Shown here piece after piece: positions 55,446 to 64,000 of a stretch of 64,000 bases of DNA. Every line of letters begins with the position of its first letter. Within the stretch, counting starts at the first letter, position 1. The position numbers and the translations under genes were made by a program. The notes under the pieces are model-generated. The model was not told the origin of the DNA. It worked only from the letters and a program-made list of their open reading frames with translations, and made no database searches. This stretch comes from Caecitellus pseudoparvulus (Eukaryota; Protista; Bigyra: Bicosoecida): contig CBFFRQ010000067.1 of the NCBI GenBank assembly GCA_965644315.1, positions 620,001 to 684,000 on the forward strand, in the 5' to 3' direction.

Positions 55446-58400
55446 ATGCGGCTGCGCCTGCCCAGTCCACTGCTGACGTTTGGGAAGAGCCTGAAGCGTG
55501 GTCAGTGGATTCCAGGCGTGAGGATGGTGCTGTCCGACAAAGATATCGTCTGGAAGACTCTGCGAAGCACTTCAGGAAGGCGATGCGGGCCGTCCCCAGT
55601 GAGCGCAGCGCTCTCGCGTGCCGGCTTCAGCGAGCCAAAATCCGCAGCAACCCTCGCACACCACGCCATTCCTGTTCCTGCAGAGGTCAAGCACCGCACT
55701 GAGCGTGTGCATCGTGCAGCTACGGCAGGCAACGCTAAGGTCCCTCTCGTGTCTCACGGCACTCACACGATGAAGCACGGTGGAGCTCGCGGCTTTGTTC
55801 AGCCTGGTGCAGATGAGAGCCACTTGGCCGGCACTTCAAGCGCGCAAGCATTGGCAGCCCTGGAGCCGTCCTCACATGAAGTCGGGCAGTTCCCCCCTGC
55901 TTCAACCGATCTCATGCGACAGGTGTCAGCAGGAACCGCTGCTCTGTACCTGAAGGAACCCGCCGAGTCCGCAGCTGCGGTTGACTTGCTTGCAGGTGCG
56001 AAACAAATCAACCGCGGCAGCACAGCAGCCTGGGGACGGCGCCAGCCTCGAGTTGAAGTGGCAGACCATGCTGCAGCGAGTGGTGACGATGTGTTTCCAT
56101 CCCTTCCTACCACTGTCCGTGGTCGTGGGGGGCGTTCTGCTCCCCCGGGATCAGTGTGGAAAGGGAAAGCGGCCGTGGCAGCACAGATGCCCATGCCAGC
56201 GCCTAGCTCAGCAGGCACGCTTGACGCAAGCGGTGAGGCAGAAACTCCCACGGCGGTTCCCTCCGGCCAAGCGGCAGAGGTGGGACAGCCCCAGCCGGCA
56301 GTGCCTCCGCCTGCTCATCCCACGCTGCGGAAATGGCGGTCCGACCAAGTTGAAGCGCGGCTTGCAGAGGCCGCTGCCGACGCTGCCCCTGTTCAACACA
56401 CGAAAATGGGGCGACGAAACACTGCAAGGTCTGCCCCCAGCACCTCCACCACTCGCGGGCTGCCGCAGCACTTGCAGGTCATGACTCCGGCTGAGCGGGA
56501 GGTGGCTGCGGAAAACGGCTGGGCGCCCACTGACACACTGGTCATCGGGCATGGCCTGCACGACATGGAAGTCCCAGGGCCCCAGTGCAGTGTCAAGACG
56601 CCCAATGGACTGGCGCTTCACATCGCCGCCAGCCTGCAGGGCACGACGATGATCCGAAGCCACTTCGTCGCGAAACCGCCCAAGTTGGCCATCGAGGTCC
56701 GCACGCCCCAACTGGGGCCGGTAGTGCAAGCGCACACCATCCTGAGCACAGCGGCCGCGGAGCGTGGCCTGCCGCCAGGGCGCAGGAGCGTGGAGCAGCT
56801 GCAAGGAGCAGACGCGCCAACACTGCATGCAGCTGCCGGCGTTCTTCCTCGCGCCTCGCAGCGCTTTCCACTCAGTGCCCACACGTACACCAGCCGGGCT
56901 TTTGATGCGACCAAGCACGAGGTGCGAAACGGGTTTTTTTATCGGCCGATCGATGCTGATTTGGCTGCTGACTATTCAGGCAGCAGGTCTGGGGTATTCC
57001 CTATCGCGCTGTCGACACTCGCTTTGCAGCGCGCGGAGACAGCTCTCGACGCGGCAAAAACGGAGCACAGCACGCCAAACCAACTCAGGAACGAAGTAAT
57101 GTTGTCGCTGATTCGCATGTTCTACTCGCAAGGCAGCAGCACTGCAAGAGAAGCGCTGGTTGCGACGTTTCCCGCTCGCTTGCTGTACATCCCCTGTGCA
57201 GGCCACGCTCGAGCGGAGGCCGACGAGTACTGGTTCGCCACAAAGGTGGCCTTGCACCCTGCACCAGCGGCCCCCGCATTGCCCACACAAGCGGGCGTGC
57301 CGCTCGTGCCTCGTTTCCGCAGCATGCCAGGCGTGCCTGAGCTGTTCGGGCCGACCACGAAACACGCAAGGGGGCTGGAGACCAGCCTGGACGCTGACAG
57401 CATCGCCCGTGGCCTGCGCAAGCAACGTGAAGAGGCGCGTCCCAGTGCGATGCCACCGGCTCCAGAGGGCCTGTTGAAGAGCCTGGCCAAGGCTGCGAAG
57501 CTGTCCCGCGAAGTGGACAGCGCTGCGACCAGCTTGCAGCGAGCGGGAGAAGGACACAGCACGCGGGTTGCGGAAGACGCACCCTCCGACCCAGAGCAGT
57601 CGACCAGCGGTGCAACCGGGGCGCAGGCAGCTGAGCAAGGGCAGCCCGGTTACATTGCGCGTGTCGTTCGCATCAAGCAAGACGCTGCCCCAGCGCCGTT
57701 GGAAAGGGGGGAGGTCGTGAGCCCGGCAGAGCAAGCGGCACTGTACAGGCTGCAGAACCAACACCGGCTCAACTACATGCAGCAGGCATGTGACGAGGCA
57801 GGCAGGGCACTTCCCTCCCTTCCCTACACCCTGGAGCTCGTGAGCGGCGGCAACGCCTTTGGTTTGCTGCTGGAGCAGGTGCGCAGTGAGCTCATCGCGA
57901 AAGGAGTGCGGCCTGCAGCCCTCACGCGGCAGGCCGCACGCGTGCCTGCCGTAAGCCTGCAACCAGCTGCACAGCACAAGGTGAACAAGTTGGGTGTGCG
58001 TGTGGAAAAGGGGGCAGTCGTGTTTCTTGGCGACAAACACGTGTCACCGGAGCATGCGCTCACGCCCAAAGGCGCCGCGGGTGCCGCAGCTGAACAGGCG
58101 GCGCCTCAGCGCGGAGATGTGTCTCTCCCCCTTGAAGCGTGCGTTCCTTGGGGAGAAGGCCTTGGGGTGACGGTGCCCGCTCCGAAACAACGGCGTGAAG
58201 CAGACTTTTCTTTCTGGAACCAGCCCAAGCCCCGGCCGAGCACAGTGATGCGCAAGGGCGCGTTGCATTTTCGAGGAACGCATGGGGTTTCCATGGGTTT
58301 CGGGCCCCACGTGCAGCCCTTGCTGCGAACACGCCCGGGCGCGTCAGGCCCTGCCGCCATCGTCCCCAGTCTGCACGCTTCGCACGCTCCCTCACCACGC

Positions 58401-61400
58401 ATGTTCAGCGTTGCGTACAGCATCGGCAGCATAGTGTTCGTGCACGGTGGCTGGGGCCCCTCGGCACGGAATGTGGTCTCCGAGGCAGAAATGGACACGG
58501 CCGCTGCCACGGTGGGTGCCCAGGCTGTGGTGGCGTGCACCCCGCTGCCGAGATCTCGGCGCCTGCAAGCGTTGCACATGAAGGGTGTCCCACTGCCAAA
58601 GGATGACCACGAGGAGGCTCGAATGGCATTCTGGGGCAGCCATTTCGTTTTGAGGGAAGCAGCCACTGCTACGTTCAACGAGCTGTTCGCTTTTAATACC
58701 GGGCGGAACACTTGGATTCCCAGAGCTGGCATTGAGCCGGCGAGTGGCGTCATGCCGGATGTCAGCGTTCCCCACCCCGGAGCGGAGCGCAGGGGCGTGT
58801 TGCGGCTGGCAACAGAGGCGCCCGATGACTCGAAGCCAAACACGCTGCCATTCTTGCCGGCCCTTCATGGCCACACTGCCACCGTGCTGCCCGGTCGACG
58901 CGTCATCCTCATCGGCGGCATGTGCGGGCCAACGGCATTGCACGCGCCGAACGAGTGGCGGGTGTACGGCAGAAAACACTTCCGACCCATGCCCCACCGG
59001 GAGGTAGACCGCGAGGCGTTGCTGCATGTGTGGCGGCGCACGGGGCTTGGTGACCGCCGCAAGTACAAGCACCAGTCCGTCGACGGAGCTGACGACTCCA
59101 GCGAGAGCAGCGACGACCTGGCTGCTGCTCGTGCGGCAGAGCTGTTCGACAGCTCAGACGACGATGAGCGGCGCGAGCAGGCTCGTGTTACGCCCAGTGA
59201 AGCCAAGTGTGTCGCCATGGAGAGAGCTGCAGCCCTGCAGCAAGCCCAGGCGCTGACTGGAAACCCCAACGTGCAAATTGAACGCACTCGCCTGCGAAAG
59301 TGGCAGTCAGCGCTTGAGCGGTTTCAGCTGGCTCACGCACCAGGCGCCGCTGCCGAGGCGCACGGCGTGGCGCTTGTGGGGCAGGGACAGGCTGCCGCGA
59401 CTGGCCCCGTGTCATTTCGCGGGCTGTCCCCTGCTGCTGAAATGCCCGTGCCGTTGCTCACAGTGGGGGATGAGATGGGGTTGTACCAAGTGCGTCGCCA
59501 GGGCTATCAGCACGTGCTGGCCCAGTTGTTCGGTTTCCGGAAAGGAAGCAGTCGCACGAGTGCACCCTCCCTGCTCATCTATGAAGTGGACCACGCAACT
59601 CACGGCGTGTTGACCCCAGAGGTCTCTGTCCACACGACGGTCGGCCCCTTGCTCAGGCGATGTGAGTGTCGAGATGCCCAGCTGCAGAAGCTGGCTCGTC
59701 GAGTTTCTGACATGGCAGCGGCCAACAAAGGCGTCGTTCCGTCGTGGGAGGCTGCAGCTGCCTGCATTCAGTCCCGCGCTCGGCCAGAGAACTTCTTCTT
59801 CTCCAGGGTCCGTGACGGAGAAGCAGATCGCGATGTGATCCTGACACCTGCTGAAAAACTTATCTCGCCAGCATACAGCGCCTGGTCCCCGGAGAGAGAA
59901 AGCGAAACGGAAATCCGCTGTGGCATGTCCATGAAGAGACCACTCCTGGATGACTACGTGTCGGACAATTCGCCAGTCGACTACATGGCTGTGGCATTGA
60001 CGGGGCACTCCGCGGTCGCTGTTGGCAGTGGCGGGGACGATGGAGTTCTTGTCATGGGCAACATTGACTCGCCCCAAAATGGTGGCCTGGCGCTGCTCAG
60101 CATTGGGCGACAGCATGCAGAACCCTTCTGGGGCTGGCCAGTGACGCAAGGCACTCCCCCTGCCCAGCGGCAGGGTCACAGCGCAACGCTCGTGCATGGG
60201 CGGTACATGGTGGTGGTGGGCGGCTACATCACCGCCCAAGGCGGCACTCGTCACACAGGCTGTGACACGTGGTTGCTGGACATCGGCCAGGAACAGCCCA
60301 TCTGGTGGCGGCTGCCCCTGGCGCCCTGCAGCACCAAGCAGCCAAGCCCCAGAGCGTTCCATTCTGCAGGCCGCGTGGGGGGTGGGCAGGTGTGCATCAT
60401 GGGAGGCGAGGCCTCTTCATCTCACGTTGCGGGGGACGTGTGGAGTCTGGAAGTCGTCAAGCGGGCGCCCGACAACTTAAAGAGCCACGTTGCAGAAGCT
60501 GAGGAACGTGTGCGCGCCGTGCAATCCGCTTCGGCTGCTCGCACGGCGGAGTCGGATGCAGCCGAGTTGGCACGGAAAGCTTACGATGCTGCTTGGGCGC
60601 CGGCGCTCAACCAAGTTCGCACGTTGACAGGTGAAACGCAGCAGAGCAATGAGGCACAGCGCGGACTGGTTGGGAGAGAAGCGCAACTGTCATTGTCTGG
60701 CATCGGCTGCCCTGTGTACGGCGTGTGGCGCCAGCAAGCCGTGACGATCTTGCCACCACAGCCCCCCCGCAGCGGGCAGTGGGTGGCAGAGCAAGGCAAA
60801 GAGGGCAAGCCCCCCGTACTCATGTACAAAAGACTGGCGACGGAGACCAAGCCCAGTCAGGCGGGAGAGCAGCTGGCTGGGCGCTCGTCAGGGGCGAGTG
60901 CCGTTGTGGGTGGGCGCATCCTCGTCTTCGGCGGGTTTCGATTCGGAGACGTCGCAGCGCAGCAAGTCATTGCCCAGGACACAGCTCAACCCAAAGGCCG
61001 CCAACTCGCCAAGCACCAGCCGCGGCGGCGGTGGGGCTCCAGGTTTTCGCAGTCAGCACACACGCAACAGCTGCCTCCCCTCGCCATGGGCGAAATGCTC
61101 AGCATTTCCCTTGGGCCCACGCACATCCCCGTGCCCGGCCCATCCCTTGTCCGTGATGCCAGCGCACTGTGGGAGGCGGCAGGCAGTGGAGAGGTGGATG
61201 CGGGCAACACTCCAGCGGACTTTGCTCTGCGCAGCGTGGAGCAGGGTGCAGCTGCCCCCCTGCCGTCCATCGTACAGGTGCGAGCAGGTGGCAGTGCGCC
61301 GCACTCTGCAGTGTGTGACGCGCTGGCTGTGTTGGGGGACGTGGATGTGGAAGAGGGCAGCTTCGTGCCTGGGGATGCGACGAGCCTCGTGCCGCCCAGC

Positions 61401-63035
61401 TGGGCTGCAGCACTGCAGGCCAGTGGGGACGCACTGGGCCACACATGTGACACGAGCAGCATCGGTGCCGTGTACGCCCACGCCTGTATTCTGGGAGGCG
61501 TGTCGTGGCTGTGGCGGCGTCGGCTGGAGGGTGCGTGGCGAGCCATCTGCAGTGAGGGTGCGGTCGAGGGCCTTGCTCCGGGCGGGCCTGGCTGCAGCTG
61601 GGTGTGGGAGACGGCGTCAGGCGTGCTGACGTTCCAGGAGCCGGGAGTGAGCGCCAGCGCCCTGAGTGCGACGCTGCAGTGGTTGTACACTGGGCAGGCC
61701 CAGTTCGACCCAGTGCAAGTGGAGGAGGTGTGCTTGCTGGTGCGCCGGTGGGGTCTGAGCGGCGCAGGCGTGCCTCGTGTGCGGCGCCCAGGCCACGCGG
61801 CGGTGGTGTGTGCGCCTGGCGCCCTGGGCGATGTGCTGCTGGCCATGCAGCACACGCATGGCTCTGCCTCTGTGGAGGTGCGGCAGGAGGAGGTGCGGGC
61901 AGGTGTGCGGCCTGCCACAATTGACATTGCCATGGGGCGGTCAGGCAGCCGAGGGCGACTGAGCCACGTGCGCAGTGTGTTGAGTGCTGTGCTGGTGTAC
62001 GGTGTGGGTGCTGATGTGCGTCTGCGAGTGCCTGTGTCGGCTGAGCTGGGCGAGCAGCTGACTGGGGCGTTGGCTCAGCACGGCACTGCTGTGGCATCCG
62101 ATGGCGTTGTGTATGGGCCTGGCAGCGTGGGCGGCGGGGAGGATGGCGTGTTGACGTTGACGCGGTGGGCGCCAGGGTGTGAGGGCGGTCTGGACATGCC
62201 GCCGCCTGAGCTGGGCATGGCACGCAGTCTGTCCACTGGCTCTGTGGTGGTGGATGTGCCACCTGTGGCTGCCACCGGGCACGCGTGGCTGCCTGCACAC
62301 CAGTGCATCCTGGCTCGTCGGTCTTTCTTCATGCGGCATGCAGTGGCTTCCGGCTTGATCAGTGCGCCAGTGGAGCCCAGTGCTGCAGCGTCCAGTGGTG
62401 GCGTGTTCAGCGGGGAGGCGGCCCTGCCCAGCACCGGCGTGGGTCTGCCTGACACCGACCTCAGCACCCACGCAGCTGCCCACATGGTGGAGTTCCTGTA
62501 CACTGACCGCATGGGGCGTCTGGCGCTGAGTCAGGCGGCAGCTGCTGGCTTGCACGCAGAGCTGGTCAGTGCACGAGGCATGACCCACGCAGTGGTGTCT
62601 GGTGCGGACCCAGCCGAAGCTCTGGCGCAAGGCACCCTGCCACCCCCTGCCGAGGCGCCCTTCTCAGCAGGGGCGGTGCGGGAGGAAGACGCCGTGGAAG
62701 ACGCACCTGCTCTGGCCCAGCTGGGCAGCATGCACATGCAGCCGCGCCTGTTGGCCCATGCCCTGCGCAGCATGGTGGCCGGGTACGACCTGTCTGACGC
62801 AGAGTCCGCGGTGGGCATGCTGCAGTTCGCGCTGGGGCTGGGCCAGGCGGGGGAGCCGCTGCGGGCTGTGTGCGAGTTCCACCTGCGGCAAACAGTGCCC
62901 CGCGAGGACTTGAAGAGCGCTGTGGAAGCGCTTCTTAGCATGCACACCGCGCCCGATGGCCATGAGGGCGGGGAGACCGCGTCCACTCTGCAGTTTCTAC
63001 AGGGCGTCCTCGAAGCCAGGGGGGTGCACGTGTGA
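55446..63035 (+). CDS. Very large Kelch-repeat plus tandem BTB/POZ protein (LZTR1-like domain order)
   Basis: Kelch motifs PSPRMFS..FVHGG, LHGHTAT..LIGG, PAQRQGHSAT..VVGGY, PSPRAFHSA..IMGG, ILVFGG; BTB motifs AHACILG..LQWLYTG and AHQCILARRS..VEFLYTD. Start uncertain. Confidence 0.8.
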   Translation: MRLRLPSPLLTFGKSLKRGQWIPGVRMVLSDKDIVWKTLRSTSGRRCGPSPVSAALSRAGFSEPKSAATLAHHAIPVPAEVKHRTERVHRAATAGNAKVPLVSHGTHTMKHGGARGFVQPGADESHLAGTSSAQALAALEPSSHEVGQFPPASTDLMRQVSAGTAALYLKEPAESAAAVDLLAGAKQINRGSTAAWGRRQPRVEVADHAAASGDDVFPSLPTTVRGRGGRSAPPGSVWKGKAAVAAQMPMPAPSSAGTLDASGEAETPTAVPSGQAAEVGQPQPAVPPPAHPTLRKWRSDQVEARLAEAAADAAPVQHTKMGRRNTARSAPSTSTTRGLPQHLQVMTPAEREVAAENGWAPTDTLVIGHGLHDMEVPGPQCSVKTPNGLALHIAASLQGTTMIRSHFVAKPPKLAIEVRTPQLGPVVQAHTILSTAAAERGLPPGRRSVEQLQGADAPTLHAAAGVLPRASQRFPLSAHTYTSRAFDATKHEVRNGFFYRPIDADLAADYSGSRSGVFPIALSTLALQRAETALDAAKTEHSTPNQLRNEVMLSLIRMFYSQGSSTAREALVATFPARLLYIPCAGHARAEADEYWFATKVALHPAPAAPALPTQAGVPLVPRFRSMPGVPELFGPTTKHARGLETSLDADSIARGLRKQREEARPSAMPPAPEGLLKSLAKAAKLSREVDSAATSLQRAGEGHSTRVAEDAPSDPEQSTSGATGAQAAEQGQPGYIARVVRIKQDAAPAPLERGEVVSPAEQAALYRLQNQHRLNYMQQACDEAGRALPSLPYTLELVSGGNAFGLLLEQVRSELIAKGVRPAALTRQAARVPAVSLQPAAQHKVNKLGVRVEKGAVVFLGDKHVSPEHALTPKGAAGAAAEQAAPQRGDVSLPLEACVPWGEGLGVTVPAPKQRREADFSFWNQPKPRPSTVMRKGALHFRGTHGVSMGFGPHVQPLLRTRPGASGPAAIVPSLHASHAPSPRMFSVAYSIGSIVFVHGGWGPSARNVVSEAEMDTAAATVGAQAVVACTPLPRSRRLQALHMKGVPLPKDDHEEARMAFWGSHFVLREAATATFNELFAFNTGRNTWIPRAGIEPASGVMPDVSVPHPGAERRGVLRLATEAPDDSKPNTLPFLPALHGHTATVLPGRRVILIGGMCGPTALHAPNEWRVYGRKHFRPMPHREVDREALLHVWRRTGLGDRRKYKHQSVDGADDSSESSDDLAAARAAELFDSSDDDERREQARVTPSEAKCVAMERAAALQQAQALTGNPNVQIERTRLRKWQSALERFQLAHAPGAAAEAHGVALVGQGQAAATGPVSFRGLSPAAEMPVPLLTVGDEMGLYQVRRQGYQHVLAQLFGFRKGSSRTSAPSLLIYEVDHATHGVLTPEVSVHTTVGPLLRRCECRDAQLQKLARRVSDMAAANKGVVPSWEAAAACIQSRARPENFFFSRVRDGEADRDVILTPAEKLISPAYSAWSPERESETEIRCGMSMKRPLLDDYVSDNSPVDYMAVALTGHSAVAVGSGGDDGVLVMGNIDSPQNGGLALLSIGRQHAEPFWGWPVTQGTPPAQRQGHSATLVHGRYMVVVGGYITAQGGTRHTGCDTWLLDIGQEQPIWWRLPLAPCSTKQPSPRAFHSAGRVGGGQVCIMGGEASSSHVAGDVWSLEVVKRAPDNLKSHVAEAEERVRAVQSASAARTAESDAAELARKAYDAAWAPALNQVRTLTGETQQSNEAQRGLVGREAQLSLSGIGCPVYGVWRQQAVTILPPQPPRSGQWVAEQGKEGKPPVLMYKRLATETKPSQAGEQLAGRSSGASAVVGGRILVFGGFRFGDVAAQQVIAQDTAQPKGRQLAKHQPRRRWGSRFSQSAHTQQLPPLAMGEMLSISLGPTHIPVPGPSLVRDASALWEAAGSGEVDAGNTPADFALRSVEQGAAAPLPSIVQVRAGGSAPHSAVCDALAVLGDVDVEEGSFVPGDATSLVPPSWAAALQASGDALGHTCDTSSIGAVYAHACILGGVSWLWRRRLEGAWRAICSEGAVEGLAPGGPGCSWVWETASGVLTFQEPGVSASALSATLQWLYTGQAQFDPVQVEEVCLLVRRWGLSGAGVPRVRRPGHAAVVCAPGALGDVLLAMQHTHGSASVEVRQEEVRAGVRPATIDIAMGRSGSRGRLSHVRSVLSAVLVYGVGADVRLRVPVSAELGEQLTGALAQHGTAVASDGVVYGPGSVGGGEDGVLTLTRWAPGCEGGLDMPPPELGMARSLSTGSVVVDVPPVAATGHAWLPAHQCILARRSFFMRHAVASGLISAPVEPSAAASSGGVFSGEAALPSTGVGLPDTDLSTHAAAHMVEFLYTDRMGRLALSQAAAAGLHAELVSARGMTHAVVSGADPAEALAQGTLPPPAEAPFSAGAVREEDAVEDAPALAQLGSMHMQPRLLAHALRSMVAGYDLSDAESAVGMLQFALGLGQAGEPLRAVCEFHLRQTVPREDLKSAVEALLSMHTAPDGHEGGETASTLQFLQGVLEARGVHV

Positions 63036-63472
63036 GGGTTTTGTGGCGTGACGCCACGTGCTGTCGGTCACCTTTGCCTGCCACGCAAGGCAATGCATTT
63101 CGCGCCCGCGTGTAAGTGTTGGAAGATGCAGGCCCTCATAAGCTGCCTGGGCGCGTACTGAAACGGAGCACCCCGTGGGGCAACTGATGCCGACAGAGCC
63201 AGCCGTCGCAGCGACAGTGAGCACCCGTCTCACTTCCCAAGGCGCAGCGTGCCAGTGCATTCAACTTACAAGTGCCCATACTTCCCTTCATCGCAGCATA
63301 TCATACGAGGGCTGTGGATGTTTGCTTTTTTGCGTTTCACGGCGGTTTGCTGCAGGTGGCAGCGGCTACCAAGCTGCCGCCACTTCTTCGCACGCAAGCC
63401 TCGTTACGCACAACGCCAACGCGTAGGGGGAGGGGGGGATCCATCGAATCCGCCCCGCATGCACTTCCTTCC

Positions 63473-64000
63473 CTATGTGACCATGTCGAGGTTGGGCCTT
63501 GTACCCACACGTGATGCAGGCACAGCCCAGAGTTCCAGCCTCAGCATCCGTGTGCGGCAACCTGTCGAAGTCTTCGCTAGCCAGCCGGAGGCTCGAGAGA
63601 CCACGCCGCCTCCGCGGAGCTCACAGTCGCCTTGGGGGCGCAAGGTCGCTGTGGTGTCACAGGCCCGCTGCTTTGGGGCGCTGCTGTTGCTGGCGTGTCT
63701 GCGAAGCGCAGTGTCCCAGTCCGACCCAAGCAACCGGACAGCCCCCACGCTGCCATGCACTGCCTTTGGGGGCCTGATTGAGCTGGACTCTCCATCTGCA
63801 GTGACGAACTCCACCTCCAGGTGGTACAATGGCCTCTGCCTGCCCTCTGCCCAGCCACCTGGCTCCAGCGCCGTGTACCTGCCCTGCCCGCGACGAGGCT
63901 CCTGCGCACCCCAACGCCAACGCCCCGGCGAGTGTGCACCTGGGCACGAGGGGTTGGTCTGTGGCTCGTGCAAGTCAGGTTGGGCCGCCGCATCTCCATG
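63473..64000 (-). CDS. Possible 3' end of a gene entering from beyond the window
   Basis: Open minus frame ending at 63473 with plausible composition (PLYHLEVEFVTADGE); no motif recognised. Confidence 0.3.
   Translation of the reverse strand, partial: HGDAAAQPDLHEPQTNPSCPGAHSPGRWRWGAQEPRRGQGRYTALEPGGWAEGRQRPLYHLEVEFVTADGESSSIRPPKAVHGSVGAVRLLGSDWDTALRRHASNSSAPKQRACDTTATLRPQGDCELRGGGVVSRASGWLAKTSTGCRTRMLRLELWAVPASRVGTRPNLDMVT

Noticed and set aside
54893-55447. N-terminal extension of the CNB ORF overlapping the Kelch-BTB ORF start
   Set aside because: It depends on non-ATG starts; more likely a divergent promoter/UTR region between ATGs at 54892 and ~55446.

Overview
Compact, GC-rich eukaryotic nuclear DNA with short GT-AG introns, probably from a flagellated protist (taxon is inference only). 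About 22 genes are supportable: glycyl-tRNA synthetase (5' end outside the window), C9orf85-like protein, ATP-dependent RNA ligase family protein, PNKD/glyoxalase II-like hydrolase, CCDC87-like protein, a two-domain membrane nucleotide cyclase, an Hv-type proton channel, SMC3, an SDR, cyclin H, VIP1/PPIP5K, a single-domain Na/Ca-type channel, AP-1 mu, CDK7, a syntaxin, Miro, a divergent galactokinase-like kinase, a cyclic-nucleotide-binding protein, a Kelch-BTB protein and several hypotheticals. The most striking feature is a ~2.1 kb cassette present twice (~23045-25110 and ~39661-41835) with conserved non-coding flanks. Each copy carries an intronless gene of 38-aa ankyrin-type repeats with a near-constant framework, variation concentrated at predicted binding-surface positions, different repeat number and order, and a constant basic tail. 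This is a candidate natural diversifying binder system. Other oddities are a CDK7 lacking the T-loop Thr, an Hv channel missing S4 Arg1, a cyclase with inverted C1/C2 roles and a Miro with degenerate EF hands. No rRNA, tRNA, CRISPR or transposase gene was recognised. Spliced gene coordinates were derived by eye.
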